Assembly: GCA_043804895.1 (NCBI GenBank)
Contig: JAZDIN010000059.1
Span: forward strand, 1-10,659
Source of the DNA: Candidatus Altiarchaeota archaeon
GTDB taxonomy: Archaea > Altiarchaeota > Altiarchaeia > IMC4 > SCGC-AAA252-I15
Direction of reading: 5' to 3'
DNA length: 10,659 nt
Made by a program: the position numbers and the translations under genes
In this document: positions 1-7,331 of the stretch, piece by piece
Position numbering within the stretch: position 1 is the stretch's first letter
How the letters are laid out: each line of letters starts with the position of its first letter
Notes under the pieces: generated by a model
The model's input: the letters and a program-made list of their open reading frames with translations, nothing else
Told to the model about the DNA's origin: nothing
Database searches by the model: none

Positions 1-854
1 TTGACTCCTACGAGGCCGTCGTAGTTCTCCTTCACAACCCATCCGTTGTAGTTGGTGCAAAATGTCCTCACGAAGTCATCGTATGTGCCAGTCCTTATGT
101 GGAACTTAGGGTCCTTGTTCACCTCTATTACTGGCTCCATTATCACAGAGGGTACTTCCACCCTGACGCCGACGTCTATTGGGCCGAACCGGGCTTTTAT
201 CCTGTGTTTGCGTACCAATTCGTCCATCCACTTCGCCCCGACTCTGCCGGGCGCGAGGATTACGCTTCCGGACTTGAACTTCTCCTCCCTAGTCTTCACG
301 CCAGTGCATGATGTGCCTTCGATGAGGATGTCCTCGACCCTCCTCTTCAGGAGCAACTTCACACCCTTCTTCATCAGGTGCTCCTCAATCGACTTTATCA
401 CCTTAGGCGTCGTGTCCGTGCCCATGTGACGCTGTATTATCTCTATGAACTTAACATCAGCTGCGGCTGCCCTCCTTTGCAAGTCCTCCACCTTCTTCGA
501 GTCTCCGCCATAGGTCCTGTGGGGTGCGCCGTGCTTCAGGAATATCTTATCGACTTCGTCAACCAACGCCCACGCCTTCCTCTCGTCGCCGGTCTGTTCT
601 TTGAGGTCTCCGCCGACGTCAGGCCTGAGGTTGAGCATACCGTCAGAGTAGAGGCCTGCGCCGCCGACTCCGGACATGATATCGCAGGGGATGCAATTGT
701 CGCAATGGCCTGACTCAATCATCATACAGTGCCGTTCTAGGACGTCCTTTCCCTCGTCTAAAATCAGCACCCTCCGGCCGGCTTCAGCGAGCTTATAGGA
801 TGCGAAGAGGCCTGCGGGTCCTGCGCCGACGACAATAGTATCGTATTCTTGCAT
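1..854 (-). CDS. NAD(P)/FAD-dependent oxidoreductase (COG2509-like uncharacterised FAD dehydrogenase), 3' end runs off the window
   Basis: Manual translation from ATG 854: MQEYDTIVVGAGPAGLFASYKLAEAGRRVLILDEGK (Rossmann GxGxxG), then C-x7-C-x2-C-x2-C, GVGGAGLYSDG, HMGTD, LAPGRVG, DVGVRVEVP, VRTFCTN. The frame is open to base 3. Not in the ORF track because it has no stop in the window. Confidence 0.92.
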   Translation of the reverse strand, partial: MQEYDTIVVGAGPAGLFASYKLAEAGRRVLILDEGKDVLERHCMMIESGHCDNCIPCDIMSGVGGAGLYSDGMLNLRPDVGGDLKEQTGDERKAWALVDEVDKIFLKHGAPHRTYGGDSKKVEDLQRRAAAADVKFIEIIQRHMGTDTTPKVIKSIEEHLMKKGVKLLLKRRVEDILIEGTSCTGVKTREEKFKSGSVILAPGRVGAKWMDELVRKHRIKARFGPIDVGVRVEVPSVIMEPVIEVNKDPKFHIRTGTYDDFVRTFCTNYNGWVVKENYDGLVGV

Positions 855-893
855 ATGTCACATTATTGGAGTGGGACTTTATTATATCAAATG

Positions 894-1060
894 ATATGAG
901 CTATTGAACATTCGTCGAGTCCGAAATACCGTATCTAAGGTCATTTGCGTCATCAGTGCAAGCTTTCGGCTTGCATCTGAGACGCTAGACTTCGTCTAGC
1001 ACTCATATTCGATAGCAAATGCTAATCCATAATAGTTAAAAAACATTTGCTATCGACTAT
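894..1060. ncRNA. Candidate structured non-coding element (multi-hairpin RNA or ssDNA); family not recognised
   Basis: Hairpins 924-946, 947-985 and 984-1000; possible closing stems 900-911/1005-1016 and 894-900/1002-1008; 16/17-bp inverted repeat 1005-1021/1044-1060. It lies entirely between two CDSs. Confidence 0.45.
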
Positions 1061-1063
1061 AGC

Positions 1064-1603
1064 TCACACGTTAGGCACTACAATAGTTCCGCTTTCATCG
1101 CCAACAGCCCTCGTGCCACCCACAAGGTGCAGGTACCCCGTGACTGCTGCCATTATTGCGTCCAGTTCGTCGCGGACGAGAATCTTAGTGTTCACATCAC
1201 CCTGCAAGTCCAAGGCTGTCATGCTTTTTTGCATCGTGAAGTCATCCTTGCTGTACACTCCCAGAATCTTCGCTGAGGCTGTGGCGTAAACTTCAACGTA
1301 CTTCATGCCCTGAGCATCCAACATCCCAGCAAGTGCCCGGCCCCTCACAGCCAACGTCTCCATGCCCCTGAGGGTGACTGGGAGCGCCCCATACTCTCTC
1401 AAGAGCTCGTCGCACTTCCTCCTTGAGCCGTCGTAGACTAGCGGCGCGTCGACCGCGACCAAATCAGGCTTCGCAGACTTCAACTCCGATATTATCCCAT
1501 CGTCGGAGTGTAGTAGTCGGGTTGTTACTCTCTTATCCTCAAGCAGGCAGTATCCTGTGTCATTCTTCGGCACCCCTGCCAAATCCAACCCAACAACCCT
1601 CAT
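1064..1603 (-). CDS. DUF429-family protein (predicted RNase H-fold nuclease)
   Basis: 179 aa with MRVVGLDLAG, VAVDAPL, EVY and DELDA motifs typical of DUF429/COG2410-type proteins. TTTTAA about 26 nt upstream of the ATG. Confidence 0.8.
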   Translation of the reverse strand: MRVVGLDLAGVPKNDTGYCLLEDKRVTTRLLHSDDGIISELKSAKPDLVAVDAPLVYDGSRRKCDELLREYGALPVTLRGMETLAVRGRALAGMLDAQGMKYVEVYATASAKILGVYSKDDFTMQKSMTALDLQGDVNTKILVRDELDAIMAAVTGYLHLVGGTRAVGDESGTIVVPNV

Positions 1604-1652
1604 TGAAGAGAATAGTGGTGTAGGCGGTTAAAAGTATAATCGACACTCGGAC

Positions 1653-1692
1653 TATATATAACTGTATGATTCCTAGAATCCTATGAGGAGGG
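1653..1692 (+). promoter_or_regulatory. Putative TATA box (TATATATAA 1653-1661) and Shine-Dalgarno (GAGGAGGG 1685-1692) for the gene at 1700
   Basis: Motifs seen directly, at plausible archaeal spacing from ATG 1700. Confidence 0.55.
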
Positions 1693-1699
1693 ACTACAA

Positions 1700-2338
1700 A
1701 TGTCTGAACAAAAAAACCCGAAACATAAGCCAGGCGAAGATTTGGTCCAATCTGCAGATGTCACTCAACCGAAAACAACCCTAAGGGGGGAGCTGATTAG
1801 GCTCCGCAACTGGAAGGACGACTCTGACATACATGGTTTGCTTGACGGTATTGTGCGCGCAACAGTTAACAAAGAACCGGGTGTGGAGATAGCCCCGGGT
1901 GCCCTCGCTAACTTTATTACCAAAAACAAAACCCAACCTGGCGCGCAGCACCTAGGCGTGTTGGCACTTGAGGCGATAGGCTCAAATTCGGCTTTGGACG
2001 CTCTCCTTAAGGTAGCCATGGCCCCTCAGGGGGAATATCGGCCTGGAGTGTACGCAGTGGGGGCTCTTGGGAGGATAGCTTGCAGTTCAAGCCCGATGGC
2101 GAGGGAAGCATTCGATAAACTGGTTGAACTCACAAAACATACTGAAAATATAACGTTTAAGGATGGGGAAAAGCAATATCGTACGATCCCCTGTGAGGCG
2201 GAAATTGAGATATGGCATGTGGCTAATGGGGGAAAGTGTAAGGATATTGGAATCGCAGATGACGCTAAAGAACTAGCCAAAGAACTATTTAAAGGTAGGA
2301 TAACACCTGATAAGTTTTGCGGAATGATCGTCCCCTAA
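1700..2338 (+). CDS. Hypothetical protein with HEAT/PBS-lyase-like helical repeats
   Basis: 212-aa ORF with strong SD. Segments [22 protein letters not shown] and [11 protein letters not shown] resemble HEAT_2/PBS repeats. Its stop overlaps the convergent rps27ae stop (2335-2338). Confidence 0.7.
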   Translation: MSEQKNPKHKPGEDLVQSADVTQPKTTLRGELIRLRNWKDDSDIHGLLDGIVRATVNKEPGVEIAPGALANFITKNKTQPGAQHLGVLALEAIGSNSALDALLKVAMAPQGEYRPGVYAVGALGRIACSSSPMAREAFDKLVELTKHTENITFKDGEKQYRTIPCEAEIEIWHVANGGKCKDIGIADDAKELAKELFKGRITPDKFCGMIVP

Positions 2339-2571
2339 ATCCCAGTCGCTACTGTTTTTTTCAGGAATTCCGTGTATCCGCATTTGCCGCATGAGTGCCT
2401 GTCCTTGTGTTGGGCGAGGTGGACTCCGTCGCCGCATTTCGGGCATGACTTGAGTTTCCTAACCAGTGTCCCGCTGGAAATGTCGTAGGCCTTCCACTTG
2501 TTGCTGAGTTTCTTAGCTCCTTTCTGCTTCTTAGCGGTATCCTTCTTCTCCTTCTTGTCTGGTCTGGCCAT
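2335..2571 (-). CDS. rps27ae: 30S ribosomal protein S27ae (eS31)
   Basis: [27 protein letters not shown] zinc finger; canonical position after rps24e. Confidence 0.97.
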   Translation of the reverse strand: MARPDKKEKKDTAKKQKGAKKLSNKWKAYDISSGTLVRKLKSCPKCGDGVHLAQHKDRHSCGKCGYTEFLKKTVATGI

Positions 2572-2969
2572 TATTTCTCCTCCTTAGGCTTAGTCGCCTC
2601 CTTCTCCTTTGGTTTCGCATCCTCCTTCGGTGCGGCCTCTTTTCCAGCCTCCTTTGCAGGGGTCTCCTTACCCTCCTCTTTCGGTTTCTCCTCCTTCGGG
2701 GCGAAGTTCCTCTTGAGGATGTATTTCGGCTCCACTTCCATGGCCTTCTTGCTGGCGTAGACTTTCACGTAACCTTTAACTGCCTTTGACCCATAGTCTG
2801 AGGCCATGCTATCGAGCACGGTCAACTCCCTATCAGAGTCCAGCAATGCTATGAGCTTTCCTCTCACGTCCTCCCTCTTCGGCGTCGGGCCTTGGAATGA
2901 GGCCTTAAACTTCACTTCCCTGCGTTCAAGCAGTTTGTTCTCCCTGTCCTGTGTTATCTCAACCTCCAT
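2571..2969 (-). CDS. rps24e: 30S ribosomal protein S24e (eS24) with a long charged C-terminal tail
   Basis: [39 protein letters not shown]; synteny. Confidence 0.96.
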   Translation of the reverse strand: MEVEITQDRENKLLERREVKFKASFQGPTPKREDVRGKLIALLDSDRELTVLDSMASDYGSKAVKGYVKVYASKKAMEVEPKYILKRNFAPKEEKPKEEGKETPAKEAGKEAAPKEDAKPKEKEATKPKEEK

Positions 2970-3447
2970 CTTCCATCTCCTCTAACATTTCATTAACTTT
3001 TTTTTTGATTTTACTGTCGACTTTGACTATCACAAGCCCCTCGCCAGGTTGGCCGTACACCAAGGTGGCGCTCTTGGGGGCCTCCCTTATCACCGCAAGG
3101 GCGGTCAAGTCCTCCTCCCCCTCCACGAACACCTTACTCGGCTTCTCGCTTTTCAGGAGCTTCCTGAATAGGGTGAACACATCCTCCTCAAGGTTTCCCG
3201 GAGGGTTTGTTATACGATACTCTTTGGCGTCGTACGCCTTGATCCTTTCCGAAACCCCAACATGGCGTCTTTCGGTCTTCCCGTCGTACACCATCACCAT
3301 CGGCTTGAAGCCGTCTTTGAGGAGGGTGTCCGAGGCCGTGTCACCGACGCACACCACAACTCCTCGTCTGGGAATCGTTGACGTCTCCTTTGCTAGGCGG
3401 CCTAATGGCTTCTTCAACTCATCCCTCAGGCGGGACGTAAGCTTCAT
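2959..3447 (-). CDS. DUF359-family GTP-dependent dephospho-CoA kinase
   Basis: LRDELKKPLG, VGD, YDGKTER, NPPG, VEGEEDL and YGQPGEG motifs; canonical position between spt4 and rps24e; SD-like AGGTGAGG upstream. Confidence 0.92.
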   Translation of the reverse strand: MKLTSRLRDELKKPLGRLAKETSTIPRRGVVVCVGDTASDTLLKDGFKPMVMVYDGKTERRHVGVSERIKAYDAKEYRITNPPGNLEEDVFTLFRKLLKSEKPSKVFVEGEEDLTALAVIREAPKSATLVYGQPGEGLVIVKVDSKIKKKVNEMLEEMEDGG

Positions 3448-3450
3448 CGC

Positions 3451-3627
3451 CTACCTCACCTTAAGGGCGTACTGTCCCGGAGTCTTCAAATCCATCCTCT
3501 TCGCTATCTTCGACATCTCCGGGTCTATGACTGCAAGGTAACCGCTCCAATACTGGCTTGTGGCGCCTCCACAAACCGGGCAGCGTTCCTCCTCACTAAT
3601 CCTTAAACATGACTTGCAGGCTCTCAT
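3451..3627 (-). CDS. spt4: Transcription elongation factor Spt4 (RpoE'')
   Basis: Manual translation (58 aa, absent from the ORF track): MRACKSCLRISEEERCPVCGGATSQYWSGYLAVIDPEMSKIAKRMDLKTPGQYALKVR. ATGA overlap with the rpoE' stop. Confidence 0.96.
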   Translation of the reverse strand: MRACKSCLRISEEERCPVCGGATSQYWSGYLAVIDPEMSKIAKRMDLKTPGQYALKVR

Positions 3628-4268
3628 TTATCCGCCTCCGCCTTGCCCCTTGACTTCTTCTGCTCCTTCGTCTCCTTCGGGCTCTTCGCCTCCTTCACTT
3701 CGCCACCCTTTGCCTTCTCCTCAGCCTTCTTCTGGTCGTCCTCGATCCATTCGAGCTTCCCGAGATATGGCTGTCTCATCGTCAAGCCGATCTTCGAGTC
3801 TGATGGCCTTGACTTCATGCTCACGGTCACGATCCTCGCCCTCACGACGTCTCCGACCCTGAGCATCTTGTTCGACTCCCTGCCGACGAAGGCCGCATTC
3901 TTCTGGTCGTAGCTCATGAAATCCTCAGTAATCTGGGACACGTGTATGAGGCCGTCTATGGGGCCGAAGTTGACGAACGCCCCGAACTCCGTGACCTCCG
4001 TGACTAAGCCTTCCACGACCTCGTTTATCTGCGGCGTGTACGAGAGTATCTTGAATTTGGTGTTGTAGTACACTGCGCCGTCGCCTAGTATTATCTTCCC
4101 TTCTCCGACTTCGTTCAATTCCGTGACAGCCATTATTATGCCCAGGTTCTTGTCGACCCTGCCGACTACCATCGTCTCAAGCTCTTGGACGATGACGGGA
4201 TTCAGTTCCTCGTTGAACCTCTTGGGCGGAATCCTGACTGTGTCCTCAACCGTTACAACCTTATACAT
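3624..4268 (-). CDS. rpoE1: DNA-directed RNA polymerase subunit E' (Rpo7)
   Basis: MYKVVTVEDTVRIPP, GEGKIILGDGAVYY, S1 domain FGAFVNFGPIDGLIHVSQI, KIGLTMRQPYLGKLEWI. Start placed at ATG 4268 rather than 4379 by family N-terminus. Confidence 0.96.
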   Translation of the reverse strand: MYKVVTVEDTVRIPPKRFNEELNPVIVQELETMVVGRVDKNLGIIMAVTELNEVGEGKIILGDGAVYYNTKFKILSYTPQINEVVEGLVTEVTEFGAFVNFGPIDGLIHVSQITEDFMSYDQKNAAFVGRESNKMLRVGDVVRARIVTVSMKSRPSDSKIGLTMRQPYLGKLEWIEDDQKKAEEKAKGGEVKEAKSPKETKEQKKSRGKAEADK

Positions 4269-4375
4269 GTTAAATGCACGCTCAGATTTTTTACTCCTTC
4301 CCTGAACCCCTCCAGTGCAATGGCTGGGTGCAGGTGCATACGAGACTATAATACTATACAGGCGGCCTTTAAAAA
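4269..4375 (-). promoter_or_regulatory. Putative internal promoter (TTTTTAAA 4375-4368) and ~75-80-nt structured 5' leader of rpoE'
   Basis: TATA-like box in the only large gap of the cluster; pairings 4274-4279/4334-4339 and 4301-4309/4326-4334. Confidence 0.45.
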
Positions 4376-4389
4376 TCAATTCTGCGCAC

Positions 4390-4764
4390 TTAAATCCTCT
4401 CTAGGTGGTTTTTGCCGCGCATGTGGATTATGCCCTGCACTGTCTTTTTCAGCCTCCTCTTCAGGTCCTTGTCGTTGGTGGCTACGAGGGTTGGGTTGGC
4501 GGCGGCGTATTCGATTATGGCTTCATCAGCTTCCTTATCTGCTGGTATGATTTCGACTCCATTCTGTTCAAGCATCTGGAGGGCGACTTTCGCAGCCACC
4601 ATATCCTCAGTCCTCGTCCCGGCTAAGTGGTGCAGCTCCTCAACCACCGGAGATAGTGTGGCGAGCGTGTGCTTTTCAGGCACGAGCCGCTGTATCTCAG
4701 AGAATATGTCAATCTTATGCTGCTTCGGGAGTAAGAGGAAGTTCGTGTCCAAAAGAACAATCAT
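4390..4764 (-). CDS. PIN-domain protein (Fcf1/Utp23-like archaeal rRNA-processing family)
   Basis: MIVLLDTNFLL, VVEEL, ADEAII, VATNDKDLKRRLK. ATG 4764 overlaps the aIF2 gamma TGA (ATGA); canonical synteny. Confidence 0.9.
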   Translation of the reverse strand: MIVLLDTNFLLLPKQHKIDIFSEIQRLVPEKHTLATLSPVVEELHHLAGTRTEDMVAAKVALQMLEQNGVEIIPADKEADEAIIEYAAANPTLVATNDKDLKRRLKKTVQGIIHMRGKNHLERI

Positions 4765-5960
4765 TTTATTATGCCATACCCTATGAGGTGCCATCTGGCT
4801 CCGACTCTGCGGCTTAACGCCACCTTACTGCCTACCTCGGCGCATATCGGCAGCTTAAGGGTTAACATGCCTTTACTCGGGTTCTCGACAACACCCACGG
4901 TCACTGCGCTGCCTGCGGACAACATCAATGGTTCGGCTTTCATTATGGGTTTGATGGTCTCATCGGAACCTATGAGTTTGTTCAGCAATTTCACCTCAAG
5001 GCTGAGTGTCTCCCACACCGGCGGTAGGGTGCCGGGTTTCCCGACGACGTTGCCTGACATGTTGTCTGACTTGGTGAGGGCTGGGTCGAGTTCAGTGCCA
5101 ATCGCTATCAATCCGCCCGGCCCAACTGAATCCACCCTCTGCTCGCCTGTGGTTAGGCTCACAACCTTAGTGATAATCGGCTTGTAGACGTTCTTCTTCT
5201 TGATGCCAGGCCTCAACTCAATCTCCTCTCCGACTTTTATCTCCCCCTGTAGTAGCGAGCCTCCGACGACTCCGCCTGCTAGTTCGCTCACGTCGGTTCC
5301 GGGCTTGTTTATGTCAAACGACCTTGCGACGTACATCCTGGCGGGGAGTATCTTATCCCTCTTCGGCGTAGGGATGAACTCCTCGATGGCCTGTATTAGG
5401 ACGTCGATGTTGACTCCGTAGTGAGCTGCTATCGGGATTATCGGCGCGTTCTCAAGTGATGTGCCTTTGATGAACTTCTTTATGTCCTTGAAGTTCTCCT
5501 TCGCCTGCTCCTTTGTGACAATGTCAACCTTGTTCTGTGCTATGACGATGTTCTTTATGCCGAGGCTGTCCAGTGCGGTCAAGTGCTCCGCAGTCTGAGC
5601 CTGGGGGCACTTCTCATTCACGGCGATGACGAGTAAGGCGCCGTCCATGATCGCAGCCCCGGACAGCATCGTCGCCATCAGGGTCTCGTGCCCTGGCGCG
5701 TCTACGAATGACACTCTCCTTAGGAACTTAGCCTCCCCGCCGCATTTAGGGCACTTGTCGGACGTCGTGTAAGCATCGGAGTCATTGCATTTGACGCACT
5801 TGTAGACGTCTATGTCAGCGTATCCGAGGCGGATTGAAATCCCCCTCCTAATCTCCTCGCTGTGGGTGTCAGTCCACTTCCCAGACAAAGCCTTAGTTAA
5901 CGTCGTCTTACCGTGGTCGACGTGACCAACCAAGCCGATGTTAACCTCAGACTGACGCAT
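4761..5960 (-). CDS. eif2g: Translation initiation factor 2 subunit gamma (aIF2 gamma)
   Basis: GHVDHGKT, HSEEIRRGISIRLGYA, CxxC...CxxC zinc knuckle, DAPGHETLMATMLSGAA, NKVD, RSFDINKPG, WHLIGYG. ATG at 5960 (in-frame TTG at 5963). Confidence 0.98.
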   Translation of the reverse strand: MRQSEVNIGLVGHVDHGKTTLTKALSGKWTDTHSEEIRRGISIRLGYADIDVYKCVKCNDSDAYTTSDKCPKCGGEAKFLRRVSFVDAPGHETLMATMLSGAAIMDGALLVIAVNEKCPQAQTAEHLTALDSLGIKNIVIAQNKVDIVTKEQAKENFKDIKKFIKGTSLENAPIIPIAAHYGVNIDVLIQAIEEFIPTPKRDKILPARMYVARSFDINKPGTDVSELAGGVVGGSLLQGEIKVGEEIELRPGIKKKNVYKPIITKVVSLTTGEQRVDSVGPGGLIAIGTELDPALTKSDNMSGNVVGKPGTLPPVWETLSLEVKLLNKLIGSDETIKPIMKAEPLMLSAGSAVTVGVVENPSKGMLTLKLPICAEVGSKVALSRRVGARWHLIGYGIIK

Positions 5961-5965
5961 CAAAA

Positions 5966-6388
5966 TCAGTTGCTCCCCTCTTTCTTATCTTCCGCTGGCT
6001 TTTCAGCCTGCTTGTCCAAGCCGAGGATGCTTTCAATGCTCTTTGCGCCGTGTTCAACAACCTTAGTGTTGACCTGGACGATCTGGTCTCCAACAACTTC
6101 GCCGTGCAGGCGTCTCCTCGCCCTGTGGCCTTTCTCAGCCTTGAAGCCTACTCCCTTACCTATCAGAATCCTCATGGCCTTTGAGCTGTGCAGCCCCTCC
6201 TTCATCGGGAATCCGCTTTTGTCGCTCCCGCCAGTAATCTCCAGCTTGTAACCTGGAAGGTTGGCTATCGTACCTTCGAACGACTCGCCTATCTTCTTCC
6301 CTCTGATCTTTTTCGCCTGCTCCTCCTTAACATCCACCTGGTATGACTTCCCAGTCTTAGGGTCCGAAACAACAACCTTATAATCCAT
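5966..6388 (-). CDS. rps6e: 30S ribosomal protein S6e (eS6)
   Basis: MDYKVVVSDPKTGKSYQ, GKKIGE, LPGYKLEITGGSDKSGFPM, GHRARRRLHG, IVQVNTKVV. Start placed at ATG 6388. Confidence 0.96.
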   Translation of the reverse strand: MDYKVVVSDPKTGKSYQVDVKEEQAKKIRGKKIGESFEGTIANLPGYKLEITGGSDKSGFPMKEGLHSSKAMRILIGKGVGFKAEKGHRARRRLHGEVVGDQIVQVNTKVVEHGAKSIESILGLDKQAEKPAEDKKEGSN

Positions 6389-6443
6389 CCTAAAATACCT
6401 GTAATAAAATATAGCTATATTATTCCGCCATACGGCAATAAAA
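6389..6443. promoter_or_regulatory. 55-bp divergent promoter region containing a perfect 14-bp palindrome AATATAGCTATATT (6408-6421)
   Basis: AT-rich gap between divergent ATGs at 6388 and 6444; palindrome checked base by base. Confidence 0.6.
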
Positions 6444-7331
6444 ATGAATTTTCCAGCAGAGCTTGAGGAAAGCCTTAAAACGCAGCTTGGCAGCCAGTAC
6501 ACTGAGTTCATAGAATGCTGCGAGAGGCCTCCCAGGAAGTCTTACCGAGTGAACACCATAAAGGCCGACGTTGATGAGATTACGGGACGTTTCGACTCTC
6601 AGCCGATACCATGGTGCCCTATCGGATTCCACACCAAAGACGACCTCGGTAGCACCATAGAACACTATCAAGGCCTTATCTACATCCAGGAGTCTGCGAG
6701 CATGCTACCCGCGGAAGTACTCTCCCCAAGGGAGGGCGACGTAGTCCTCGACCTTGCTGCAGCCCCAGGCAGTAAGACCACCCAACTGGCAGCCTTAATG
6801 AGTAACCGGGGCTGCGTTATCGGCAACGACGTCGACTTCCACCGCCTCAAGACCCTCAGATTCAACCTCAACAGGATGGGCGTCGTGAACACGGTAGTGA
6901 CGAACATGGACGGGGTCAGATTCAACCCTGACATAAAATTCGACAAAATCCTACTGGACGCCCCATGCAGCAACGTCGGCCAGCTGAGAGACAACCCAGA
7001 TGCAATCGGGACGTGGAGTCCTGCCAAGGTGAGTCGCTGCTCCCATCTACAAAAGCGGCTGATTGCGTCGGCCTCAACCCTTCTCAACGACGATGGCGTG
7101 CTCCTCTACAGTACCTGCACGTTCAGCCCCGAGGAGAACGAGGAAGTCGTCGACTACGCTGTGCGGGAGCATGGGCTGAAGGTCGAGGAGATTGAAGGAA
7201 AGTTCAAGGCACACGAGGGAATTCGGCAATGGAGTGGCATGGAATACGACCGAGAGGTGAAGAAGACTGCGAGAATCTACCCGCACGACAACGACACCGG
7301 CGGATTCTACATAGCGAAGCTAAGAAAATGA
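6444..7331 (+). CDS. RsmB/NOP2/NOL1/Sun-family RNA (cytosine-5) methyltransferase (RsmF-like catalytic domain)
   Basis: RVNTIK, YIQESASM, VLDLAAAPGSKT (motif I), DKILLDAPCS (motif IV Cys), YSTCT (motif VI Cys), PEENEEVV, RIYPH..TGGFYIAKL. Confidence 0.95.
   Translation: MNFPAELEESLKTQLGSQYTEFIECCERPPRKSYRVNTIKADVDEITGRFDSQPIPWCPIGFHTKDDLGSTIEHYQGLIYIQESASMLPAEVLSPREGDVVLDLAAAPGSKTTQLAALMSNRGCVIGNDVDFHRLKTLRFNLNRMGVVNTVVTNMDGVRFNPDIKFDKILLDAPCSNVGQLRDNPDAIGTWSPAKVSRCSHLQKRLIASASTLLNDDGVLLYSTCTFSPEENEEVVDYAVREHGLKVEEIEGKFKAHEGIRQWSGMEYDREVKKTARIYPHDNDTGGFYIAKLRK

Noticed and set aside
52..718. ORFs 52-429, 99-311, 378-713 and 536-718, and the other antisense or alternative-frame ORFs over known genes
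   Set aside because: Shadow ORFs of well-supported genes, with no recognisable motifs.
905..985. Hammerhead ribozyme on the minus strand (hairpin followed by CUGAUGA at 955-949)
   Set aside because: The triplet before the would-be stem I is AGA, not NUH, and no GAAA follows stem II (only GAAU); the CUGAUGA is better explained as part of the long stem.
940..1004. Fluoride (CUGAUGACGC on -) or TPP (CUGAGA on +) riboswitch, C/D sRNA, 5S rRNA, tRNA or integron attC for the structured element
   Set aside because: Each lacks its other obligatory parts: no GAUGG pseudoknot arm, no CCUGAU/UAAU/GCGNAGGGA half, no proper C and D box pair, no 5S or T-loop consensus, no RYYYAAC/GTTRRRY ends at the hairpin base.
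894..1060. Retron msr-msd or DGR hairpin
   Set aside because: No reverse transcriptase and no adenine-mismatched TR/VR pair is visible in the window.
4269..4379. Upstream starts given by the ORF track for Rpo7 (4379), and likewise PIN (4794), eS6 (6511) and the partner gene (7229)
   Set aside because: Family N-termini and ATGA overlaps support 4268, 4764, 6388 and 7328; the extensions run through promoters or neighbouring genes.
4390..4764. VapBC toxin-antitoxin module
   Set aside because: No antitoxin upstream; the position after aIF2 gamma is the conserved housekeeping context for this PIN family.
5415..5445. aIF2 gamma G5 motif reads PIAAH rather than PISA
   Set aside because: Single conservative change with G1-G4 intact; not enough to infer altered function.
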